From: Acutalibacteraceae bacterium | Lineage (GTDB): Bacteria > Bacillota > Clostridia > Oscillospirales > CAG-272 | Length of the DNA: 64,000 nt | Assembly (NCBI GenBank): GCA_963618495.1 | Contig: CAVESF010000001.1 | Span: 40,998-104,997 of the forward strand | Direction: 5' to 3' | Shown: one piece after another, positions 8,366 through 16,472 of the stretch | How the letters are laid out: each line of letters begins with the position of its first letter | Position numbering within the stretch: position 1 is the first letter of the stretch | Made by a program: the position numbers and the translations under genes | Notes under the pieces: model-generated | What the model was told of the DNA's origin: nothing | What the model saw: the letters and a program-made list of their open reading frames with translations, nothing else | Database searches by the model: none

Positions 8366-9802
8366 ATGAAACCTATCATACCCGCACCGCTGCTCATCGT
8401 CATAGCGAGCTTTGACCCGAGCGGCGAAGGAATAAGCCATTATACACCCGAGCATCCCGAGCTTCTGACAGACAAAACATCGCCCTATTACGGCGAGCAG
8501 TGGGCTATGACAAAGCCTGCCGATTGCTATGACAGATTTTTCGGCGAAAACTGCCACTCCATGATGGACTTTTACAAGGAAATGACACAGGGCAGATTTT
8601 GGTTCTATCCCGTGCATATCGACCATCCGCAGAGTGAGCATGCACCCGAGGGCGTGCTTGCCGTGACGGTAAAGCTGAACCATCCCGCAGCACTGCGCAA
8701 TCTGGAGGGATACGACAACGGAAGTGCCGCCGCAAAGGCTATTCACGATATAGTTGCCGCCTGCGATCCCTACATAGATTTTGCCAGATACGATAAAAAC
8801 GGCGACGGCACAATCACGCCCGATGAGCTTGCGATAATCATACTCAATGCGGGCTTCGACCATGCCACGACAAAAGCTGACCCCGAATATAAGGCGCCGG
8901 ACTATGAAAATGCACCGCTTCCCACGCATCGCTATATGGTTCACGGAACAAGCCAGCCCACAGAGGTTGAAATGCGCGGCGGCGTCAGGGTTGTCCGCAT
9001 TTCGAATGTCGGAGAGCACAGTGGAAAAGGTCCTGTCACCATAGGCACGCCCGCACATGAGCTCGCGCACAATGTAGGAGCGCAGGATATGTACTGCCGC
9101 TATACTCCGCCCGCAGATTATGTTTTCGGCTGGCCGCTCCCTCTGAATTTCTCGCTCATGTCCTGCGGAAATCACCTTGCGGGAGGCACGCGCCCCGCTT
9201 ATATCGACCCTTATCAGCGTTATTATCTCGGCTGGGCTGATGAGGTGGAGGCGACAAGCGACGGTGTTTATACGCTCCATTCCACCTGCTCGGGCAAATA
9301 TCAGATACTCAAGGTACCCACGCCCGACCCCGATGAATATTTTCTCTGTGAAATACGTCTCAAGGAGGGCTTTGAGGAAGCGCTCACCCCCGGCGATTCA
9401 AAGGGCGGCGTCATCTTCTGGCTCGTTGATGAAAAGGTAAACCGCGAATGGTTTACAAAGGCGCAGTGCGTATCTTCAAACCGTCCGAACGGCATGCCGC
9501 GCCATGACCTCGGAAATGCCATCCGCATACGCAACGCTTTTGCAAAGATAACTGATGAAAACGGAAATTTTGTGAAATACGGTCCTTGCTACGATGTCAA
9601 GGATACGCCCTCCGATCCGTTTTTCTATAAATCCGACGACCCTGAAACGGCAATTTTCGATTCTTCGCTCTATTGCGGTGCCGCATCCGGCTCTTATTCG
9701 CTCAATCGCTTCCCCGACGGCGTATCAAAGAACTGGAAATTCACGGCGGAGGTTCTCGATAAACCATGTGCCGAAATGCGCATAAAAATCACCAGAGGAT
9801 AA
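8366..9802 (+). CDS. M6-family (immune inhibitor A-like) metallopeptidase-domain protein with no obvious signal peptide
   Basis: SMMDFYKEMTQGRF, DFARYDKNGDGTITPDELAIIILNAG and IGTPAHELAHNVGAQDMY (HExxH) match the M6 domain pattern. Start set at ATG 8366 (GGAAAGGAC upstream). Confidence 0.6.
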   Translation: MKPIIPAPLLIVIASFDPSGEGISHYTPEHPELLTDKTSPYYGEQWAMTKPADCYDRFFGENCHSMMDFYKEMTQGRFWFYPVHIDHPQSEHAPEGVLAVTVKLNHPAALRNLEGYDNGSAAAKAIHDIVAACDPYIDFARYDKNGDGTITPDELAIIILNAGFDHATTKADPEYKAPDYENAPLPTHRYMVHGTSQPTEVEMRGGVRVVRISNVGEHSGKGPVTIGTPAHELAHNVGAQDMYCRYTPPADYVFGWPLPLNFSLMSCGNHLAGGTRPAYIDPYQRYYLGWADEVEATSDGVYTLHSTCSGKYQILKVPTPDPDEYFLCEIRLKEGFEEALTPGDSKGGVIFWLVDEKVNREWFTKAQCVSSNRPNGMPRHDLGNAIRIRNAFAKITDENGNFVKYGPCYDVKDTPSDPFFYKSDDPETAIFDSSLYCGAASGSYSLNRFPDGVSKNWKFTAEVLDKPCAEMRIKITRG

Positions 9803-9806
9803 GACA

Positions 9807-9841
9807 GCCGCCATCGGCTTTGCCGATGGCGGTCTCCTTTT
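9807..9841 (+). terminator. rho-independent terminator after the peptidase gene
   Basis: GCCGCCATCGGC (9807-9818) pairs with GCCGATGGCGGT (9822-9833), followed by CTCCTTTT. Confidence 0.6.
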
Positions 9842-9871
9842 GCATGACAAAAAGCGCGCATTGTTTTTTCT

Positions 9872-9925
9872 CCCAAAAAAGCAAACTCCCGCGGTCGCGC
9901 CTGTGCGACAGCGGGAGCTTTTATT
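9872..9925. terminator. bidirectional terminator, mainly ending the minus-strand glycogen/glycosidase array
   Basis: CTCCCGC-G-GTCGC (9886-9898) pairs with GCGAC-A-GCGGGAG (9905-9917). The minus-strand tail is TTTGCTTTTTT and the plus-strand tail is CTTTTATTT. Confidence 0.65.
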
Positions 9926-9931
9926 TATCAT

Positions 9932-10603
9932 TTACCTTTTATTATACGGGCAGACGCTCATGCATATCCCGCATACCGCGCCTCTGCCTATATCCTTGTA
10001 GGTTTTCATATGCTCCGAGCATTTCTTCGCGTCAAAAATCGTATCGCGCGATGCGCCTGGGACATAGATAGCTCCCGAAATTGCGCCTGCGGGACAGGCA
10101 TCGCGGCATATGGCGCAGTCGCCGCAAAGGCACTTGAGCCTTTCTCTCATGCATTCGAGCGGCATATCGGTGAGTACCGTGGCAAGCCGCACCTTTGAAC
10201 CAAACTGCGGCGTTATCAGCAGTCCGTTCTTCCCGATGAAGCCGAGTCCCGAGAGTACGGCACCCGTCTTATGCGGAAAAATGCCGCGATATTCCTCTTT
10301 CTTATCGTTGGTGCTCTGCGATGCGGCAATCGGAAGCGCACGATAGCCCTTGCTCTCGATGAAGTCTATCGCATCAAGAGCAAGCAGGTCGAGCTTCGTA
10401 TTCGTTATGCGGTAATGCTGAAAATATGACATCGTCGGTCTGCCGTCTATAGTTTCCACCACTGCATCGGCAAGCTTCCGCACTATCGTAACGGCATAGC
10501 CGTACTGCGGATACATATCGCAAAGGCAATCGCCGAGAGCGGAAAATCCGACGAGACTTGCTCCCTTTTCCGTAAGTAATTTTTCCATTTCGGATTCAAA
10601 CAT
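9932..10603 (-). CDS. 4Fe-4S double-cluster protein, epoxyqueuosine-reductase (QueG)-like
   Basis: Two ferredoxin-type motifs, CGDCAICRDACP and CGICMSVCP. 223 aa. Function not assignable from sequence alone. Confidence 0.55.
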   Translation of the reverse strand: MFESEMEKLLTEKGASLVGFSALGDCLCDMYPQYGYAVTIVRKLADAVVETIDGRPTMSYFQHYRITNTKLDLLALDAIDFIESKGYRALPIAASQSTNDKKEEYRGIFPHKTGAVLSGLGFIGKNGLLITPQFGSKVRLATVLTDMPLECMRERLKCLCGDCAICRDACPAGAISGAIYVPGASRDTIFDAKKCSEHMKTYKDIGRGAVCGICMSVCPYNKR

Positions 10604-10604
10604 A

Positions 10605-11915
10605 TCACTGCACCAGATCGCCCGCTACATTTTCGCCGCCACGCATCTGGGGATAATAACTGCCGCTGCGACAGCGGGGACTTTTATCAAATTCCATTTT
10701 CAGCACTGTTATATTCGCATGTCTGTCAAACGATTTTTCCGGAAGATTTTTCAATATGATGCGATGTCCGTCCATCTCGAAATCTATTTTTTCTCCGGTC
10801 GCGAGAACCGTAACCGACTTCGGAGCGTCCATATAACCGCCAAGCCGCAGTTCCCCGCTCTTCCATATTCTGTTCCAGAGATAAATCTTCGTATAGTCAG
10901 GGTCTGCACTCGCCATGTTGAGTGCACAGCCGCCGAGATTACTGCCAACTATCGCCTTCTCGCCATAGACAGCCTCACCGTTTTCCGCAAGCCATGCACC
11001 TACAACCTCAAGCGGTTTCACTGCTTCCTCGGGAATACTTCCGTCTGCCTTCGGTCCGATATTGAGCAGAAGATTTCCGCCACCTGCCGTAGCGGTATTG
11101 AGCATACGGATTATCTGCTGAGGCGTATATGAATAAGGCTTTACCTGCTCTGCATCGAGATATCCCCATGAAATTCCGTTAAAGGTCATGCAGGCTTCCC
11201 AATATGCACCGTCGGCAGGACTTATTCTCTCCTCGGGAGTAAAGAAGTCCTCCTGCATTTTGCTTCTGTTGTTTATGAGTATATCAGGCTGAAGCTTTCG
11301 CAATCTGTAGTTGCGGTTTACGGAGTCCCAGCCCTCACTGCTTGTCATAGGGTAAGGCATATCATACCAAAGAATGTCTATCTTGCCGTAGTTTGAGAGA
11401 AGCTCGACATTGAGAGCCTCGATATAATCAAGAAATCTTCTTCTTGCCTCGTGGTCGAAAGCGCAACGCCATCCATCGGGATGATGCCAGTCCATGAGAG
11501 ATGAATAAAGCCCTGTACGCAAGCCGTATTTACGGCAGGCATCAACAAATTCCCGGACAATATCACGGCCGCAATAATTATATGAATTATACGGATTCGC
11601 ATCGGATTTCCAGAGAGAAAATCCCTCGTGGTGGCGCGTTGTGAGTACGGCATATTTCGCGCCCGCCTTCTTGGCGAGAGCGCACCATTCGTCGGCGCAT
11701 CCTTTTTTCGGAGAGAACGCCTTTGCAAACTCTTCATATTCCGCCTTTGTGTAGTCCTGCTGATACATACACCACTCGCCTGTCTCACACTGCGAAAAAA
11801 GGCTGTAATGAATAAACATGCCGAACCGCGCTTCTTTAAACCACTGCAGTCTCTTTTCCCTGTCCGCGGCAGTCAGCCTGTCATACTCGGGTCTTGTGAT
11901 AAAATCCATCATCAT
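10605..11915 (-). CDS. alpha-L-fucosidase, GH29
   Basis: RLQWFKEARFGMFIHYSLFS N-terminal GH29 signature. No signal peptide. Confidence 0.8.
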   Translation of the reverse strand: MMMDFITRPEYDRLTAADREKRLQWFKEARFGMFIHYSLFSQCETGEWCMYQQDYTKAEYEEFAKAFSPKKGCADEWCALAKKAGAKYAVLTTRHHEGFSLWKSDANPYNSYNYCGRDIVREFVDACRKYGLRTGLYSSLMDWHHPDGWRCAFDHEARRRFLDYIEALNVELLSNYGKIDILWYDMPYPMTSSEGWDSVNRNYRLRKLQPDILINNRSKMQEDFFTPEERISPADGAYWEACMTFNGISWGYLDAEQVKPYSYTPQQIIRMLNTATAGGGNLLLNIGPKADGSIPEEAVKPLEVVGAWLAENGEAVYGEKAIVGSNLGGCALNMASADPDYTKIYLWNRIWKSGELRLGGYMDAPKSVTVLATGEKIDFEMDGHRIILKNLPEKSFDRHANITVLKMEFDKSPRCRSGSYYPQMRGGENVAGDLVQ

Positions 11916-11925
11916 TTCCTCTTTT

Positions 11926-14160
11926 TCAGAATTCTATTATAATTTCGCTTGCCGTGCCTGCTTCAAACGAAACAAAACCATCGGCATAAGTGAAACAGGC
12001 AGCCTTTCCATCGGCAAAAACAGCCTTCGGAGCGGAAACGGCATAAGCCTTCACGCCGTAGCTTCTCTCCGCCGCCATGCCGTCAAAGGACCCTTCGCGC
12101 TTGTCTATCGTGAGTATCGCCTTGCCGCAGATCATGCGGAGCGTGAACTCTGTCTTCGCGCGCTCGCCGCGCAGATATGCCTGCGTTCTGCCGTCATCCT
12201 CATAGAGCGTATAAGCCGTATTGCAAGCTTCGACAGGATAAATCTCGAGAGTGAGATGCTCATCATCCCTGCAGTCGGTAAACTGCTTTTCAGCCTGCGT
12301 CGGGATTATCGCGCCGCCTCTGATATAGAGAGGACCACCTCTGTTTTCGGGAACATCAATATTAACTTCTCTGCATCCCGAAACAAGCTCGCCATTCCAT
12401 GCGTTTATCCAAACCTCGCCCTCGGGCAGGTATATCGTATCGGAAAATGAGCCGACGAGCATACTGTCGCCGAACATATACTCGCATGTTGCATTCACGA
12501 GTGCCTTGTCCTCAAATTCCAGCGGCATTGCACGGACAACGGGAGTACCGCTGATATGCGATTCTATCGCCGCGGAATAGATATAAGGAAGCAGACGGTA
12601 TCTGAGCCTATCATAGAAAGTGAAAATAGCTTCAAGCTCGTCGCCTGCCCACCATGGATGGCTGTAGCCCGACCAGCTGTTGAGCTGACACCATGCCGTG
12701 AAGAAGCAATAATGTATCGTATGCTTTGCGAAAATATCCATATCGCAGGTGATATTCGACATGCCGGATAGACCGCTGTTGAGTATCCAGACAAGAGTCT
12801 TGTGCTTGCCGCCGGAGTCGCCCGTAGTGGTTGCGCTGTAGCGCGACATGCTCGTGTAGCCGCCGCTCATGTGGTGCATCGGGCGCAGACCCGTATATTC
12901 GCTGTAGCCCTCGTACATTTCCTTGCCGTAGAGCGTGCATTGCAGGCTGTGCATATAAGGCTCGCCATCTCCGTTTGCATAGACGCGCGTCTCGGTTGCG
13001 GTATCGACAACCTTGCAGGGATCCATCTTGAAGCCTGCGGCACCGTCGCATACAAATGATTTGAGATGCTTATACCACGGTTCTATGCCAAAATCCGTGG
13101 GATTTCCAGCACGGTTTTCCTGATTTGCCGTGAAATCGTATTTGCAGCAGAGCCAGAGCAGTAGCTTGAAGCCGTATCTGTTCAGCGCTGTCGTAAAGAG
13201 ACGCTCGCGCGGCGTATGCGCCGCAAATTCCTCTTCCGTGCGACGCATCCAGTCGCAGATATAGAAGCGCTGAGTATACCATTTTTTCTGCGGAGTGAAA
13301 TCATATCCGCCCATCCATCCGGGCTCAAGGCTGAATGTATCGCATGGTATCTTCTTTTCACGGAATTTCTCCGCATTGTGCATAACTTCAAACTGGTCGG
13401 CAAAATACTGGTCGATGAATGTGAGACCGTAACCCCATTTCGGGAGAACCATAGGTCTGCCCGTGACATAAGTAAAGCGTTCGAGTATCGCTTTCAGGCT
13501 GTCGCCGGCAAAGAGATAAAAATCTATATCTCCGTCGGGCAGGAACCAGCATATCTCGTTTTCGTTTTCATCGCAGACATCGACGCCATGCCATATCGTG
13601 GAATTGCAGAGTATGCCGTAGCCCTCCTTTGTCATGAGGAAAGGAATGACTATCTCGGAGCGCACATATATTATTCTCTCGAGATATGTTCTGCCGTTGA
13701 GTACGATTCTGTCCGTATTGCTTTCGCCAAGACCGTAGAAAATTTCGCCCTCGGTCTTTACAGTGATATATTTCGGATCTTTCTCGAAGTTTACATATTC
13801 GATAGCCTCATCCTCGGAGGTATCGCCGACTATCTTCTTTCTCTCGGGACGGAAATCCGTGAGCTTTTCGTTGAAAAGCTTTGATTTTTCAGCCACGGCA
13901 CTGTTGTCAAGGCTTATTCTGCGCTCGAAACGCGGGCTTTTCATAGTGATAACTCCGTTTTCGTATGTGACGGCAAGGTCGCCCGCCTTTATGCCGTTTG
14001 TGAGCAGCTCGCCCGCGTTTTCATCGGGCTCGTTGTAAATCTTATATTTTTCAAAATAAGTCTGCCTGAAATCCTCACTTATTCTGATTCTGACGGCATT
14101 ATCCGAAAAAGCGGATATTCTCAGCTTTTTGCCGCCAAGGTCAATTTCTCTGAAATTCAT
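11926..14160 (-). CDS. GH31 glycoside hydrolase (alpha-glucosidase/alpha-xylosidase-like)
   Basis: GAAGFKMDPCK resembles the GH31 nucleophile motif (G-x-D-x-FK-T/M-D). Size fits. Start set at ATG 14160 (GGAGGATTAAA upstream) rather than the ORF-track start at 14247. Confidence 0.7.
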   Translation of the reverse strand: MNFREIDLGGKKLRISAFSDNAVRIRISEDFRQTYFEKYKIYNEPDENAGELLTNGIKAGDLAVTYENGVITMKSPRFERRISLDNSAVAEKSKLFNEKLTDFRPERKKIVGDTSEDEAIEYVNFEKDPKYITVKTEGEIFYGLGESNTDRIVLNGRTYLERIIYVRSEIVIPFLMTKEGYGILCNSTIWHGVDVCDENENEICWFLPDGDIDFYLFAGDSLKAILERFTYVTGRPMVLPKWGYGLTFIDQYFADQFEVMHNAEKFREKKIPCDTFSLEPGWMGGYDFTPQKKWYTQRFYICDWMRRTEEEFAAHTPRERLFTTALNRYGFKLLLWLCCKYDFTANQENRAGNPTDFGIEPWYKHLKSFVCDGAAGFKMDPCKVVDTATETRVYANGDGEPYMHSLQCTLYGKEMYEGYSEYTGLRPMHHMSGGYTSMSRYSATTTGDSGGKHKTLVWILNSGLSGMSNITCDMDIFAKHTIHYCFFTAWCQLNSWSGYSHPWWAGDELEAIFTFYDRLRYRLLPYIYSAAIESHISGTPVVRAMPLEFEDKALVNATCEYMFGDSMLVGSFSDTIYLPEGEVWINAWNGELVSGCREVNIDVPENRGGPLYIRGGAIIPTQAEKQFTDCRDDEHLTLEIYPVEACNTAYTLYEDDGRTQAYLRGERAKTEFTLRMICGKAILTIDKREGSFDGMAAERSYGVKAYAVSAPKAVFADGKAACFTYADGFVSFEAGTASEIIIEF

Positions 14161-14161
14161 T

Positions 14162-14479
14162 TTAATCCTCCGAAATATTGCTTTCATCAGTATTTTCAGT
14201 AAAGCATACTTTGCATTTATTATAACCTCTATCGAGGAAATAGTCAATATATTTATATTCCGTTATCAACTTATTTTTCTCCGAAATTTTAGCGGCATGT
14301 CTGCAATCGGGCATATGGAGCGTCATGGAGTCTGTATTGAGTATCAAAGCCTCGGCGTCATCCGGAATTTCGGCATAGACAGGATAGCCGTCGGCTTCCC
14401 CGGTATTAACGCAGACCGCCTCTCCGCAGGAACAGAAGCAAAGTGCCGCAGAAATAAGCAATACAATAAATTTTCTCAT
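14162..14479 (-). CDS. small lipoprotein with an Ada-type Cys/His zinc-motif-like segment
   Basis: Lipobox-like LCFCSCG after a basic/hydrophobic N-terminus. TLHMPDCRHAAKI...GYNKCKVC resembles the H-x-P-x-C...C-x-x-C metal-binding motif. Start overlaps the GH13 stop (ATGA). Confidence 0.55.
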   Translation of the reverse strand: MRKFIVLLISAALCFCSCGEAVCVNTGEADGYPVYAEIPDDAEALILNTDSMTLHMPDCRHAAKISEKNKLITEYKYIDYFLDRGYNKCKVCFTENTDESNISED

Positions 14480-16395
14480 TTTTCCGCAACCTTTATTTTC
14501 GTTTTATCGGAAGCTTTCAACAGTAGCGCGCTCATGCCGGAGAGAGTAAATCTCTCTCCGTGGCCGCCTGAGAAAAGCTCCTCGGCTTCGCCGTCGGTGC
14601 TCACAGTATGCGCCGCATCTCCGCGGTTTATGAGTGCCGCAAGGCGCTCGCCGCCCTTTTCGCGCACAAGCACGGCAATATCGGAGTCGGCATACGCGAT
14701 ATGAAATTCTCCGTCGGCAAAAATGCCGTTTTTGCGGCGGACAGCTCCAACTCTGCGGTAGAAATCGCGTATCTCGCCGTCCTCCCTGCCCCATGGATAC
14801 GGCATACGGTTCATCGGGTCGGAATATCCCTGCATTCCCGCCTCGTCGCCATAGTAAATGCACGGCACGCCAGGGAGCATAGCTATCGTAAGATAGGCAA
14901 GCATAAGCCGCTTTTTTGCCGTGGCATATTCGCCCTCACTCATTTTCATATGCGCAAGTTCATCATTGCTCTTTTCCTCGGGAGAAGCGCCGCCGAGTGC
15001 CGTCAGCGCGCGCACGGTGTCATGCGTGCCGAGAAAATTCATGAGCGAATTTGCCACCTCACGCGGATAATGCGTATATATCCGCTTTGCCTCCGCTTTC
15101 AGCGCGTCCGCATTCCCGTAGCGGATATAGGCTATAACAGCGTTTTTCATCGGGTAGTTCATCACGCTGTCAAGCTCGCCGCCGCGGAAATATTTTTTGC
15201 GCTTCGAATACGAAATCTTATTTGAAGCGTCCTCCCAGACCTCGCCGATAACGAGAGCGTCATCGCGCTCGCTTCTTGCGGCGGCGGAAAGGCACGAGAG
15301 GAAATCATCTGAGAGCTCGTCTGCCACATCGAGCCGCCATCCGCCTATGCCCATGCGCATATATTTGCGGATAACTCCTCCCTCGCCGAAAAGAAATTTC
15401 CTGTATGACGGCTCGTCGCTTTTCACGCGCGGCAATATCTTTATGCCCCACCATGACTCATAGTCATCGGGATAATTTTTGAAGCTGTACCAAGGGAAAT
15501 ACGGCGATAGCGGCGACTGATATGCGCCGACATCGGGATATCGCCCTTTTGCATTGAAATAAACGCTGTCGTTTCCCGTATGGTTGAAAACACCATCGAG
15601 GATAATGCGTATTCCGCGCTTATCCGCCTCGGCGATAAGCGTGCGGAAAGCCTCATCTCCGCCGAACATTTCATCTACCGTCATGTAGTCTCCGGTATCG
15701 TACTTGTGGTTTGAATACGCGCGGAAAATCGGACTGAGATAAACGGTATTTACGCCGAGCGAAGCGATATAGTCGAGCTTTGCCGCAATACCCTGCAGGT
15801 CTCCGCCGAAAAATTCGTTATTTTCAAGATAAGCCCCGGGATATGCGGGATATTCGGGCATGCCGTGTTCCCAGTCGTCTATTTTTCTCGCGTCTGCCCG
15901 CAGTTGGTTATTTCCTGCGGAAAAGAAGCGGTCGACAAAAATATGATACATCACGCCGCCCGAAAACCAACACGGCAAAACTTCCCTTTCCTTATAAATA
16001 AGAAGCTGAAAGAAATCGTTTCCGTCGCCTCTCGGCTCGCAGAGCTTCTCCTCGAGCGTGTCGAAATCGCAAAGCAAATCCCTCTGCCCGTATTCGGTAT
16101 TCAGATGGTAGGCATAGTAAAATAAGCCGCTCTCCGCGCAGAGCAAAGCCGTATCGGCTTCGAGCGAAAATTCGTTTTCGCCGGAGGCGTGCATATCGAA
16201 AAAGCGGCGCCCGCCCGTGTCATCGCAGTATATTTCGAGGCACGCGGAATATAGCGAAAAAGGCGTTTTCACAGAAAATCGCATTTCCCGCCCGTATTTC
16301 ACCGCGCCTGCGCTCTGCTCCCGCCATGCTCCGTCCTCGCGCACCGAGAGCGACTGCATGCCGTGCGGTCGGTTTTTAAATTCAAATTCAGCCAT
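14476..16395 (-). CDS. GH13 alpha-amylase-family enzyme (neopullulanase/cyclomaltodextrinase-like)
   Basis: All four GH13 regions are present: DGVFNHTG, GGWRLDVADE, EVWED and FLGTHD. Start set at ATG 16395 (GGAG 7 nt upstream). The ORF track extends to 16449. Confidence 0.85.
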   Translation of the reverse strand: MAEFEFKNRPHGMQSLSVREDGAWREQSAGAVKYGREMRFSVKTPFSLYSACLEIYCDDTGGRRFFDMHASGENEFSLEADTALLCAESGLFYYAYHLNTEYGQRDLLCDFDTLEEKLCEPRGDGNDFFQLLIYKEREVLPCWFSGGVMYHIFVDRFFSAGNNQLRADARKIDDWEHGMPEYPAYPGAYLENNEFFGGDLQGIAAKLDYIASLGVNTVYLSPIFRAYSNHKYDTGDYMTVDEMFGGDEAFRTLIAEADKRGIRIILDGVFNHTGNDSVYFNAKGRYPDVGAYQSPLSPYFPWYSFKNYPDDYESWWGIKILPRVKSDEPSYRKFLFGEGGVIRKYMRMGIGGWRLDVADELSDDFLSCLSAAARSERDDALVIGEVWEDASNKISYSKRKKYFRGGELDSVMNYPMKNAVIAYIRYGNADALKAEAKRIYTHYPREVANSLMNFLGTHDTVRALTALGGASPEEKSNDELAHMKMSEGEYATAKKRLMLAYLTIAMLPGVPCIYYGDEAGMQGYSDPMNRMPYPWGREDGEIRDFYRRVGAVRRKNGIFADGEFHIAYADSDIAVLVREKGGERLAALINRGDAAHTVSTDGEAEELFSGGHGERFTLSGMSALLLKASDKTKIKVAEK

Positions 16396-16472
16396 AAAAT
16401 TCTCCGAAAAATGTGTGAGATAGCAAAAAGCGGAAACGGCGCAAATCACCGCCTCCGCATTATTTTTTATTA

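Noticed and set aside
8315-9280. 321-aa ORF antisense to the M6-like peptidase gene.
   Set aside because: It lies opposite a frame that has HExxH and other M6 landmarks as well as a promoter, an RBS and a terminator. The antisense product is Cys/Arg-rich and looks like noise.
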